A stretch of 63,032 nt of DNA, filler included, from Nemertoderma westbladi (lineage: Eukaryota; Animalia; Xenacoelomorpha): assembly GCA_032718475.1 (NCBI GenBank). It is 4 parts of 4 records of this genome, joined end to end, with 100 filler letters (N's around TTAATTAATTAA, not from the genome) between each part and the next. Parts side by side here need not be neighbours in the genome. Positions count along the whole stretch, not along the records: positions 1 to 20,794 come from JAUCBJ010002976.1; positions 20,895 to 50,319 come from JAUCBJ010009027.1; 2 more parts are not named here. One strand, 5' to 3'. The position numbers were made by a program, and so were the translations under genes. Under the pieces are notes generated by a model. It saw only the letters and a list, made by a program, of their open reading frames with translations, was not told where the DNA came from and did no database searches. Shown piece by piece: positions 12,901-26,054 of the stretch. How positions within the stretch are numbered: the stretch's first letter is position 1; every line of letters begins with the position of its first letter.

Positions 12901-13842
12901 TGGTAGACGTGTTTGGGTTACTGGAGGGCGGTTTGGGGCATTAGGGGTTACTGGATGGGGTGTTGGGACAATTGGGGTTACTGGAGGGGGTGTTGGGACA
13001 ATTGGGGTTACTGGAGAGGGTGTTGGGACAATATGGGTTACTGGATGGGGTGTTGAGACAATTGGGGTTACTGGAGGGGGTGTTGGGATAATTGGGGGTA
13101 CTGGAGTGGGTGTTGGGACAATTGGGGTTACTGGAGTGGGTGTTGGGACAATTGGGGTTACTGGAGGGGGTGTTGAGACAATTGGGGTTACTGGAGGGGG
13201 TGTTGGGACAATTGGGGGTACTGGAGTGGGTGTTGGGACAATTGGGGTTACTGGAGGGGGTGTTGGGACAATTGGGGTTACTGGAGGGTATGTTGGGACA
13301 ATTGGGGGTACTGGAGTGGGTGTTGGTACAATTGGGGTTACTGGAGGGGGTGTTGGGAAAATTGGGGTTACTGGAGAGGGTGTTGGGACAATATGGGTTA
13401 CTGGAGGGGGTGTTGAGAAAATTGGGGTTACTGGAGGGGGTGTTGGGACAATTGGGGGTACTGGAGTGGGTGTTGGGACAATTGGGGTTACTGGAGGGGG
13501 TGTTGGGACAATTGGGGGTACTGGAGTGGGTGTTGGTACAATTGGGGTTACTGGAGGGGGTGTTGGGAAAATTGGGGTTACTGGAGAGGGTGTTGGGACA
13601 ATATGGGTTACTGGAGGGGGTGTTGAGAAAATTGGGGTTACTGGAGGGGGTGTTGGGACAATTGGGGGTACTGGAGTGGGGGTTGGGACAATTGGGGTTA
13701 CTGGAGGGGGTGTTGGGATAATTGGGGTTACTGGAGAGGGTGTTGGGACAATATGGGTTACTGGAGGGGGTGTTGAGACAATTGGGGTTACTGGAGGGGG
13801 TGTTAGGACAATAGGGGTTACTAGAGTTATATTGGCATGAAG
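9997..13842 (-). CDS. LINE ORF2: Pro/Thr repeat + Cys/His finger + AP endonuclease + reverse transcriptase + C-terminal Zn finger (first ATG at 12846)
   Basis: APE motifs WNVEG, GDFN, SVIDL; KPWFNQEC; RT motifs QYGFR, FVDFTKAFDSI, GVVQGDKLSPLLF, YADD; C-terminal CWLC..H..C. The frame stays open upstream of 12846 through the repeat to a TGA at 13843-13845. Confidence 0.9.
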   Translation of the reverse strand, partial: LHANITLVTPIVLTPPPVTPIVSTPPPVTHIVPTPSPVTPIIPTPPPVTPIVPTPTPVPPIVPTPPPVTPIFSTPPPVTHIVPTPSPVTPIFPTPPPVTPIVPTPTPVPPIVPTPPPVTPIVPTPTPVPPIVPTPPPVTPIFSTPPPVTHIVPTPSPVTPIFPTPPPVTPIVPTPTPVPPIVPTYPPVTPIVPTPPPVTPIVPTPTPVPPIVPTPPPVTPIVSTPPPVTPIVPTPTPVTPIVPTPTPVPPIIPTPPPVTPIVSTPHPVTHIVPTPSPVTPIVPTPPPVTPIVPTPHPVTPNAPNRPPVTQTRLPATTIASTRPPSNQTARTTMCIGCLKPYRYLASLEKHHKVCLRFQSASNLLLFSELPFCDQSNMKFSNNSSGYYTLVAWNVEGARSTIDTTMDDTFIDTDILLLYETFTTDLVIPGFSCHNVSCEKRDLGRPYGGITIAINMKTAMRQEPIHKSSTALALLTSNFVIISAYYPPSTDVSDILLELTTIIVTAQAKCTLPILLTGDFNCRLDGPHDRGDTLCSGLLGAGLNCINDHSIPTFYSWNGQSVIDLVFVDHLLADKVSVSIRPTTNTKHQRVYIKYETTSPINYRKERCKAIKRLDVDKLGHILTTGDFQSAISNGVDDVCSYITNAITNSSLSSKPRNSKPWFNQECYLAKHELMSSFQLMKRAPTPLNKQRYSELARSYKKLVHTKKTLYEAQKEFKLIQECESDKQKFWNILKTGDQVKPVAQQVSEQSWFTHFSELLSTKHSPQLLPIPDQPNDILDKQIEPSEITVAVNNAKLHKATGPDGVSNEKLKSGFGHLLPFILSLLSLCLTLGVCPISWLTSYLIPLYKGKGKKTSPDSYCGIALLLCLLKLYTAILFERLYVFTEISGILPAAQYGFRRGLSTVMAVKNLYGIINIALQSAGGHTYCVFVDFTKAFDSINRETLCQRLVIHGISRKFITAIWALIAVNYVCICIGTYVLDPITQSVGVVQGDKLSPLLFSLFVADLPSILMATCCIVIMYADDLVIVGDSIAVTQDALDRLSEYCRVNDLKVNIKRTKAVKFRKGGRLASGDKLYYNGTLLEFQNTFNYLGVVLATKNGPTAHFQHLYKKGVACSICIATKVNLHHKSLATAKRLWATVIYPSTTYGCTIFTSNENVPRLEHIYRVRAFYYKLWCGISKYSSSTAILNAIDNCDDAEINLVDLTGFHRRAAAQLMANGCHHRICKISNCWRPTDQCVCWLCNNSATSNAHYLQCTGMPANLSTLRCVLYLMSVDQPLPHQP
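12913..13825. repeat. 30-bp tandem repeat (~30 copies) encoding (PPPVTPIVPT)n in the LINE ORF2 frame
   Basis: Consensus TGTTGGGACAATTGGGGTTACTGGAGGGGG, with substitutions but no indels. Confidence 0.95.
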
Positions 13843-13965
13843 TCAAACGCCCCAATGGTTATTTCTGCGTCGTGGTCGTAAGTTAAGGGCTGCGCGTTCC
13901 TCATCGTTCAAACGGTAGTTGCGTATGATTATGCCCTCTTGCCAGACCTCGGGATCCATCACTGT
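13843..13965 (-). pseudogene. C-terminal remnant of LINE ORF1
   Basis: Translates TVMDPEVWQEGIIIRNYRLNDEERAALNLRPRRRNNHWGV*, resembling the DPxxWPxGxxxRxF/Y motif that ends many LINE ORF1 proteins. It is cut by the 5' truncation at the TSD. Confidence 0.6.
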
Positions 13966-15243
13966 GTCATCTCTTTTCCTTTCGCAGAAATAAAAGGTAA
14001 AGCGATGCAACCTGAATAAAAGTTAAAATTGGCCGATAATCACCACCGTAGTTCCGTTTTAAGTGTTGTGTTCTAGATAACAGACAGGTCTATTACAGAC
14101 AGATTATTAATGATAATTATAGTTTGTCACATCCCTTAGGGATGTGGTATTATGGATCCAACTGAAATACACCCTGGGCTGATTTACTAACTAGGGACAA
14201 TTTCATCATTAATAAGGAGTAGACAGGTTCACACACGCTGGGGCTATCGGTCCGGATAACATATATTCTCATACACACCACTTAATTGTGAACTGAGACT
14301 GCTAATTTGCCGCCCAAGGCTTACCTCGTTAAATTTAAATATTAACAAGTTCGAAGTTATGCAGTATTATTAATATAGCAGATTCTCCATATAGTTAACA
14401 ATACGTAAATGGACCATCAAATATAACAAATCAATAGGTACAACAGTAAGTCTGTACAATCAGTTCAGTGTTTAGGGTATGAATCAGTTTTGCGTACTGC
14501 AATTTGGTGATTAACTATATTTCATAAAAAAAAAAAAAAAAAAAAAAAAACTTAAGCTTAATAAACATAATAACTTCATAAACATAAGTCCGGTGTTATC
14601 GGCAAAACATCCTGCTATCAGCAAAGCAGAATGCACACTGAACAAAGAAATGTCGCAATGCAGAACAAAACTTGCTTGGTATCGAATGCAAAGAATTCTA
14701 AGAAGGTTGAATCATGGCGATCGGCATAGTAACTTCCTATCAGAAGCTTAGCTACTGGGTTTATTTACTGGAGTTCAATGGTGAGAGGAAAATGAAAATC
14801 TCTCTTATTGGCCGTATTCCTACCACTAAAGTGGATACCAAAAATGAACACGGCAGTGCGTGTGGCTTTAGAGATTTGATAAATCTTACTCATTAATTCT
14901 ATGGTTTTGGAGTAAGATGGCGCATTTCTAATAAAATGTGAGTTTTGTGGCAAAAGCCTTAACACCCTATGCTCAATATAATAGCACTTCCCAATATCTA
15001 ATATATTGTTTTATTTGAAAAAAGTATCACCTGCATTATCACTGTGTCCATGGAGATCTTAAGCATAATATCCTACAAATTACCACAAAACACACCAAAA
15101 GATACCAACTGCCCCCTATGTCCTTAATCAGAACCCTCTTTAGTCTGATCAGTTTGCATTCGGTGCTCTTGAACACCCACTGCTCTAAGGGAAAGCTTAT
15201 CTGCCAGAGCAGTCAGCTCTCCTTGTCGCATTGGGAACCCGAG

Positions 15244-15693
15244 TGTGGGGCAAGTTACGAAGTCCAGGTGAGCCTTAGCATAGTGGTACAATTAGTGAGC
15301 AATCCATCGCAGTCATGGTCATCATTGTCGGAAATGTTTGAACGCTAATAAGTTGGTCAATCATGGATGAAATGGAACCAAACTTGGTACACATGTAGTC
15401 TATCAAAAGTTTACAAATTCTACAGAGAAACTGACTTCTGTAGTTCACATATCTGCCATTAGAGGGAAACGGGACAATAAGCGCAGAAGCAGCTGTACTT
15501 ATAGAACCAACAATCAGATTCATCTGAAATTTGGTACGAGTGACCTATTAGCATTGCTGAATAAGAAATTCTAAACAAGTACAGACTTTTACAGTTCCTC
15601 TGTCTGCCGCTAGGGTCGAATAGGGTCGCTAGGGTTAACCTTTCTCGGGTTAGCTGAGTCTCGTGCTGCGCGAAGGCCCCCACGAACATATTA
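15244..15693 (-). mobile_element. Non-autonomous Helentron/DINE-like element (shorter relative of 718-1830)
   Basis: Minus strand starts TAATATGTTCGTGGGGGCCTTCGCGCAGCACG, contains CTACATGTGTACCAAGTTTGG and ends ...TTCGTAACTTGCCCCACA. Confidence 0.5.
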
Positions 15694-16271
15694 GGGTATT
15701 AACTGAGGTTAGTCTAGTGAGTTGCGTCAGGTTCACCAATGGAATGGTTGGTCAGGTTGGAACATAAGAGTAGCCTCCAATTCCCAATGTTTCTCCCCCT
15801 CGCAATCTGCCCTCCCTGGTGCCCCAGGGTTGGGCCAGCAAGGTTATCAGGAAATTGACTCAGAGTTGCAGGGTGGTAAGAGAAGCAGCAGGCCAGGAGA
15901 TAACTGACTCCTGTGAGGCCAATTGTTTCCGGTAATTCCATTGGCCTCTAGAGACCGGACCTCCGAGTTACTACCCTCTTTATTTATGCAGTTGTTTTAA
16001 GTTTAAATAATAAATATAAATAATATTGATGAATATTCAATTGTGTGATTAGTTAGAGCTCCTGCATTTGTCAGAATCAGAAGGTAATTGAGTGTAATCT
16101 AACCACAGCTGCTACTACTACTACTATAATTGGCCTGCTGCATTGAAGCTGCACATTAAATTGCTATGCTGGTTTAACAAGAATATGTTTGCCACCACCA
16201 TGCAATCTTCATTTAATTGCCCTTGCCCATCTGCCTATCTGCCTATCAGCCTATCTGCCTATCTACCTATC

Positions 16272-18633
<2,362 letters not shown>

Positions 18634-19816
18634 TTTCCCTTATGCATGCGAAGGTCCATCCATAGTTTAATTTAATAAATAAAACAAGTAAAAACTTTAT
18701 CAGCAGTATCACAAAGTATAAATCAACCGTGACCTAGATGTTGCATGCACTCAGTAAGCAGTTGGTTTCGCCCCACACGCATGGCTTTGTCATTAAGTCG
18801 TGAGATGGAGAACGGGTAATAAAATCAAGTTATTAAAAGAAGTGATATAAAGGTGGCAACTAACGGACTCTCGAGAATCGATATCTAACCTCCTCCGTAA
18901 TATCACGGCACTCAATTTTCTTAATTATATTAAATGGTAACGACACGCCCACTCTCCTCGAAGGTGGCCCCCTTAAATCGACAGTATTCCAAGTCTGGTT
19001 AACTGATATTTGGTTAGGGAAATTATCATGGGTACTCTAATTTATATTAATTTGTTAAGTAATATCCCGGGCCATTCTCAAGGGGGGGGGGGGGGGTGGG
19101 TATCGTCGCCAGCCAATGTCTGGAAGACCAAATAGTCTCCAAACGTATATTTTGGCCTCCCCCTAGCGGCTGGCGGTGGAATTGAAATTTAACTAAAAAC
19201 ACTACAAAGTCCCACAATCTTGGTCCAAATTTCTTGAAATCAACTTTTTTGGATTCAGCACGATCGACTATACAAAATTTATCTTATAGAATTTTTAATT
19301 AGGTAATTAAAAAAAATTTATTTATTTAATTACTTAATTTTAATTATTTTGATTAAAATCAGCTATTACATGAAATACAATTTTTTTCGAAATTCTGTAA
19401 AATAAATGTTAAAGAACTGTCGAAACCCTTTCGAATGAGCCTAAAATCATGAGATTTGGTTGAAAAATTGCGGTGGAGATGTGTTTTAAAAATGAAAAAT
19501 GTTATTCATAGATAATTGCCTTTAAAGTTTAAACCTTCCCGCGCAAAAACTGTATTTTAATATGTAAGAATGTCTGTCAATTATATCTAGCAACAAAAAA
19601 GCACAAAACCACGCTATCATTTTTGCTATGGGGGTTTTATGGGGGTAACATGGAAGATGGCGCAACCATGTGACAACAATTTGGTTTGGCCGCTGGGCCG
19701 TAATGTTTGTTATCTTGACCTTTGTAGGTAACAAAGCTTCCCTTATGGGGTGATAATTACTGCCGTTATACGGCTAACGGCTGTTAAAGCGATATATTGG
19801 TTGTGGGTTCTCGAAG

Positions 19817-20794
19817 TGCATATAGGGATTAATCCGGTAACTGTTGACGGATATCTGCTACTTCTGCATATAGGGATTAATCCGGTAGCAGTTGACGGAT
19901 ATCTGCTACTTCTGCATATAGGGATTAATCCATTAACAGTTGACGGATATCTGCTACTTCTGCATATAGGGATTAATCCGGTAACAGTTGACGGATATCT
20001 GCTACTTCTGCATATAGGGATTAATCCGGTAACAGTTGACGGATATCTGCTACTTCTGCATATAGGGATTAATCCATTAACAGTTGACGGATATCTGCTA
20101 CTTCTGCATATAGGGATTAATCCGGTAACAGTTGACGGATATCTGCTACTTCTGCATATAGGGATTAATCCGGTAACAGTTGACGGATATCTGCTACTTC
20201 TGCATATAGGGATTAATCCGGTAACAGTTGACAGATATCTGCTACTTCTGCATATATGGATTAATCCATTAACAGTTGACGGATATCTGCTACTTCTGCA
20301 TATAGGAATTAATCCGGTAACAGTTGACGGATATCTGCTACTTCTGCATATAGGAATTAATCCGGTAACAGTTGACGGATATCTGCTACTTCTGCATATA
20401 GGGATTAATCCGGTAACAGTTGGCGGATATCTGCTACTTCTGCATATAGGGATTAATCCGGTAACAGTTGACGGATATCTGCTACTTCTGCATATAGGGA
20501 TTAATCCGGTAACAGTTGGCGGATATCTGCTACTTCTGCATATAGGGATTAATCCGGTAACAGTTGACGGATATCTGCTACTTCTGCATATAGGGATTAA
20601 TCCGGTAACAGTTGACGGATATCTGCTACTTCTGCATATAGGGATTAATCCGGTAACAGTTGACGGATATCTGCTACTTCTGCATATAGGGATTAATCCG
20701 GTAACAGTTGACGGATATCTGCTACTTCTGCATATAGGGATTAATCCGGTAACAGTTGACGGATATCTGCTACTTCTGCATATAGGGATTAATC
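19817..20794. repeat. 48-bp minisatellite, >=20 copies, running into the contig end
   Basis: Unit TGCATATAGGGATTAATCCGGTAACAGTTGACGGATATCTGCTACTTC with few substitutions and no spacers. Confidence 0.95.
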
Positions 20795-20894
20795 NNNNNN
20801 NNNNNNNNNNNNNNNNNNNNNNNNNNNNNNNNNNNNNNTTAATTAATTAANNNNNNNNNNNNNNNNNNNNNNNNNNNNNNNNNNNNNNNNNNNN
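20795..20894. other. Artificial contig linker (N44-TTAATTAATTAA-N44, six-frame stop)
   Basis: The identical 100-nt construct occurs at three places in the window. Confidence 0.95.
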
Positions 20895-20953
20895 CCGGCA
20901 CAGCATTCTTAAAAATGCAGCTGCAATGCAGCATGCCGATCCTAGTAGTAGTA
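20895..20953 (+). mobile_element. 3' end of an RTE LINE copy
   Basis: Identical to 3925-3983, including the (TAG)n tail. Confidence 0.85.
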
Positions 20954-23568
20954 ATGCTGAACACAGAATACAGTATATGAAGAGACAGTAACAAATTATA
21001 CCGCAATATCTTACTGTAAAGTTTGTGAATCAAGCATAATCCAACCTTCTCACCAAAACAGTAAACTCTAAGTAAGCGAACCTATTGCAGTATTGGTCTC
21101 CTTTAACCGGTGAGGCAGAAGACAGTCTACGAACGGACAAACTTCGATAAAACAAAATCCCGCGCAGCGAATCCTAACAATCGTGCTGACTCACTGATGG
21201 ACTAAGGGTGCTCGTATACTTTGCCGCGGTGTGATTTATATGGGTTGAGAGAGACGCTAGATACAAATATAACTAGCGGGCAAAGCCGCAGTACGAAGAA
21301 ACTATTTTATATATTTTGAGGTGTAAATAATTCCTAAACGCGCGTGTGTTTTAGTTCATAGGTCAAAATTGGTTTTATCCTTCATATAATCTCATTTACT
21401 GGGTCCGGTGTTTATTTTACAAATATTCTAATATTTTGGTAACTTGTAGGTCCAATACTTACAAATGACAAGGCTCCTTCCCCTTTTGTGTATTTCCAGG
21501 ACTCAAATTCAGGCATAGGGTTAATGCTACGCCCAGAATTCGGCAATTTTATTTACCAGGTCCCTAATACTAAGAAGAAATGTGTTAGTTTACTACTGTA
21601 GGCATACAGTTACAAATAGCTATCCTGGCTCTTATCTAGAATTTTAGTCACCTAGGTAGGCTTGGTAACTTCCTATCAGGACGTTGGCGGGGACACGGTA
21701 GGTGTTAGTATCCCTAATAGCCTTAATTTATTTTCGCCTAGTGGTAAACTGCCCTACCGCCTGAACGGTATAATCTCAATTCAGGGAAAACACAGCAACC
21801 CTCTCCTGGCCTACAAGTTCCAACGCAAGCAATAAACACCGTGTACTGCCGACAAGCCACCAACGCACCTATACCTGGCAATGAGTTAGGCGTACAGTTT
21901 GCTGCACCCTACCAATGTACATGCCGTGTAATGGTGTGCCTGTGTCTTATCTGCGTACGAGTATCTCTGCCTAACCTTTCTCTCCCCCCGTAGGAATATG
22001 AAGGGGTTCTGCGGGTTTTCAATGAAGTAAGGTAATACAGTTCCTAAATTTAAATTTTTGGCGTACAGTGTGTCGCTACTTCTACCGTCGATCTTAGGTC
22101 TTATACTTAGGTAGCGAAGCATCGAACACTGTCTAACCTTTCAGGCGATGGGCGAATAACTACGAATCGATATTGTGGGCGGTCTCCTGTTCACATTCCC
22201 CCGATGTTCCCGTTTACTGCCGAGATAATCATTGGTCCAGCAAACACATATCTTGCACGACATTGGTTACTATCAGATAACTGCAATCACATTGGTTAAT
22301 CTTATCATGAGCAAATGCAATTAAATTGTAGCGGTTAATTTGAATTAGTTGAAATTCAGCACAAAAAACAATTCGCACCTGCTAGGATTTGAACTCAATA
22401 CCTACTGAACGATTTTCCAACTCATAACCGACTGAGCTAGGCTTGGGGTGAAACAGACTGCTGGGAGGGGGGAAAAAAAATAAGAAAACCAGCAGGAAAA
22501 CAAGGAAAAACAGAAAGGGGAAAAGAGGGAAAAGGGAAGAAAAAAAGAAAAAAATGTGAAAACATTAGACATATTGATGAAATGATTTATTTTATAAGTA
22601 GATAAAAAAAGTATGGTTTTCATTTTTAAATAGGACATTATTTTAACTACTTCCATTGAAACCCCAGTCAAAAATGTTCATGCGTATCGCATGTGGGTCA
22701 CGCATCTAATTCGCATGCGAATCGCATGGAAAAGTGTCGGGACCTTTAGAAGCGATACGCATGCGGATATCATGCAAAGTACCCATGCGTATCGCACGTG
22801 TCTAGCATGCGATTATCTTCAGTGTAGAATAAACCAATGGCCATATATGACCAAATAAATTAACCCTATCTGGTCCGGTCTATTTTTCTACTCAATTGGC
22901 CCAGGGGGGGGGGGGGGGGAGAGGGGGGTCATTTTAGACATTTGTTTATATCTTGGCTAAAAAATTATAATTTCAATGGTTTAAAGGTTTTCGAGGTCGC
23001 TGTTTACGATAAAACTTGTTAAAAAAATATTCCGGCAATGCAACCATCATTTTTAGTGCCATCTGGTGCTCCAGAATGAAAAGTACAAAGTAGCAAAAAT
23101 TTCAAACTGTTAAATTTTGCCTTTGGTTTGATAAGTCTAAAGCTATACTGGTTTTCAAGGTCGCTGATCATGATACAACTCGTTATAATCATTCGTGGGA
23201 ATATGAATGCAACTATGATCGTCGGTGCTTGTCTGCTCTGGGACGAAAAATACAAGTAGCATAAAATTTCAAACGACAAAAATCGAATTTGGTCGGATAA
23301 TATGATATTGAGTGGCATATATGTGAACTACAGTAGCATCCTAAAAAACACCTTATGTCATAAAATCAGGTTGATATTTGGCAATGATTTTGGAATATCA
23401 AATTTGTGCTACTTGTATTTTTCGTGCTGCACATTGACACATATCCAAAAATGCCATAATTAACAAGGTACGATATTTTTTAGTGTCATATTCGTGATCA
23501 TGGATCAGCATCCTGAAAAACTCAAGGTGAAAATCAATTTGATTTCGTGGTGATATTTAATTATCATA

Positions 23569-24419
23569 TGTGGCTGGCCACGAGAAAAGGGACCTTATGT
23601 CGCAAAACCTGATTCTGAGATAATCGCGTTTAAAGTTTCCCTCTATTTTTGAACAAATTTAATTGGATTATCAATTTAGAAATGTATAAAACGATGAGGG
23701 AAATTCAAATTGGTTCTGATATTCAATATACCTAGGAAATAACTAATTACAGGAAGCAATATAAGATGTTGCAGTGTTGTATACAACACTGTCTTAGGGT
23801 TTTCATGTCTGAATTTAGGACTGTAATAAATTGAAATTGTAATACTGTAATAGGTACTGTAGGCCTACAGTTATTTTTTAAATGTAATATGGCTGTCATT
23901 TTCTTAATTTAAATTCGTTAGTTCTTAAATTTTGTAATCCCAATAAAGAATTCAAAATACAAATAATTTTAAAATTTGTTAAAAAAATTTATCTTTTTGA
24001 AAAAATGTTAAATTAAAAAAAAAATTTTTTGGTTAGGCCTACATGTTTTTTTGAAAATTTTGCAAATTTTTTTTTTAAATAGTTCATGAACAATATTAAT
24101 AGTTTCAAAGTGTTAAAAGTTGTATAAAAAGCCGATTAACATTGAACTGCCTAACTATATAGTAAGAATAATTGCTATGATATTATTAATATTTTCCATT
24201 TTTTTAAATAATCGCTTACAGTATTATAACCGCTATTAATAAAAAATTTTTTGCTACCCGATTCACCTTCACATAAATCGCTATAACTTTTTTTTAGAAA
24301 TTGATATTGAGACACCGTTTTTTTTGTTAAAATCTCTGGAAAATTCTGCATCTCGTAGGCCTAATAACTCAAAATCGACCTCCGGTGACATAAGGTCCCT
24401 TTTCTCGTGGCCAGCCACA
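23569..24419. mobile_element. MITE with 33-bp TIRs at a duplicated TA, private to the left LTR
   Basis: TIR TGTGGCTGGCCACGAGAAAAGGGACCTTATGTC at both ends. The empty site TCATATTT is in the right LTR (~42953). Confidence 0.9.
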
Positions 24420-24882
24420 TATTTCATTATCATAATTGAAAGACATTGTCGGACAATGTCAGAGAAAGTGAGTGGCAAACACTGTCGGACAATATAAAAC
24501 AGGTGGTTCCAGTAAATTACGGCGAATAAAGATACAAAAAAACAAAGAAAGAAAAGATACAAGAAACGTTAAAGATATATTCTATGATGTAATAACTTGA
24601 AAGATAAACTATTACTATACATAATGTAATTTTCCTAGAATAAAAAGAACATTTCCAGTAAACAGAAAACATTGCCGATAAAGTTTTTACATTTATTAAA
24701 AATTCAATTTCGTAGATAAAAATAATGAATCTATAAACAATGCAGGAGTGGGAAATAATCTGCGCTATAATAACTTTTAAGAAACGAGAATAAAGACACA
24801 GATATAAAAAAGAACAATAATACCTCGTAATGGACATTGTAAGAACGTAGGCCATATTTTTTATAATTTATTTACTCCAACA

Positions 24883-25201
24883 TTAATAAGCGCCAAATTT
24901 ATAACATGGAAACGTAGACATAATCGCCTCAACCATTAAGCAATGGAATGTCAGTGATTTGGAATCCCATCCCTCGGTGCCAGCGCCCCCACATAGCGCC
25001 GCCAACCCATCCATCCATTGGTTGAGATCGGTATCCTCCTTAGCAACGAACAACCACTCGGGCCGCCTTTTTAACATTTAAAGTTTATTTAACATATTAA
25101 CAATCTTAATGATATTATTTCATACAATAAGCAGGACAAAATAATCTCCACTCCAGTTAAAGTTTAACGGTATATACTATATATCCATCCATCTTACTCA
25201 T
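24883..25201 (-). pseudogene. Degenerate PH-domain-like coding remnant inside the LTR (second copy ~43480-43741)
   Basis: MSKMDGYIVYTV / NFNWSGDYFVLL (beta1-beta2-like, frameshifted) and WLFVAKEDTDLNQWMDGLAAL (PH C-terminal strand-helix-like with the conserved W). Confidence 0.45.
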
Positions 25202-26054
25202 CGCTGTCGCTATCAAGTATTATTAGTTGCATGGCCAATGGAATTTGGTCCTGGAAATGGCAGAGGTAAAGATAACGTTGATTTATCACGTCTGGGTTGA
25301 TGGTTCTCTTCACACGATAACAGCAAGGGTGGACCAATCAACTGATAGCTCCTGAAATGAGGTCGTCGATTACTCCGGATATCCTGGGTTTGAATTTCCT
25401 TCCGGAGTTGTTTTAATGAATAACCATTAGCTTTCATGTCCCGACATAATAATTTAGTAAGGAAATTTAGTAAGGAAGGTATAGAAGTTATTGTCAATCA
25501 TATTATTACTATGTATTATAATTTCAGCTCTATAATATTCACCACCACCATATTTTACTTCATCTCTCTAAGGCAACCGCCCATGCCATATTGCTTTGTC
25601 ATGCCGACAATATGCAATTGCGTGTGTAATATCCATATCAATTGTTTAGAACATTTAGAACATCTATCTATTTGAGATATTGCTGTTTTAATCCGTGAAT
25701 AATAATCGGGTATAATAATAATCGCATAATAATGCAGTGATAATACAGTAATACAGTAATAATAAAGAATAGGGCCTAGCCTACATCAGATATCATGATA
25801 TATGATGCCTTGGGCTGAATTTGGAATAATAGAGAAACCATTGAACCCCTAACCCTACAGTACCGGTAGGTATATTAAACAGCCTCTGCCTTTAAACATC
25901 CTCTGCCTATTGCTATAATAATAGGCTGATAATAGACCCCTAACAGCCTAAGGCAGGTATAGTGTATAGATAGGCAGCGTCACTGAAAGTACAATTTATA
26001 GAATTTAAATTTCCCTCTACTACCAGAGAACTCAATATTCTCACTGGATTTTAC

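Larger units (their letters stand above)
9860..13966 (-). mobile_element. 5'-truncated APE-RT LINE (RTEX-like) inserted near the right end of the IS3EU element
   Basis: 11-bp TSD TCATCTCTTTT (9849-9859 and 13967-13977). The minus-strand 3' end is AATAAAGAAGTCAATGATCAATGATA. ORF2 is intact. Confidence 0.88.
5257..14050. mobile_element. IS3EU-type DNA transposon (internally deleted) carrying a HECT-like gene, with a nested LINE
   Basis: Perfect 63-bp TIRs (5257-5319 and 13988-14050) with TAC..GTA ends and 6-bp TSD GTTCCG (5251-5256, 14051-14056). An integrase-core remnant lies inside. TAY..RTA termini with a 6-bp TSD is the described IS3EU signature. Confidence 0.85.

Noticed and set aside
12839-13855. 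ORFs 12839-13840(+), 13092-13721(+) and 12941-13855(-)
   Set aside because: These are alternative-frame translations of the 30-bp repeat; only the frame continuous with APE-RT is supported.
5094-14600. 12-bp inverted match GATAACACCGGA / TCCGGTGTTATC outside the IS3EU element
   Set aside because: Too short, with no TSD and no extension; an enclosing element cannot be supported.
19750-20850. 366-aa repeat ORF or CRISPR-like array
   Set aside because: Head-to-tail 48-bp units with no unique spacers, no cas genes and a eukaryotic context.
22374-22442. tRNA-like sequence on the minus strand (TAGCTCAGTCGG..GTTCAAATCC)
   Set aside because: A/B-box-like motifs only, with no credible anticodon arm or acceptor stem; likely a SINE- or MITE-derived relic rather than a tRNA gene.
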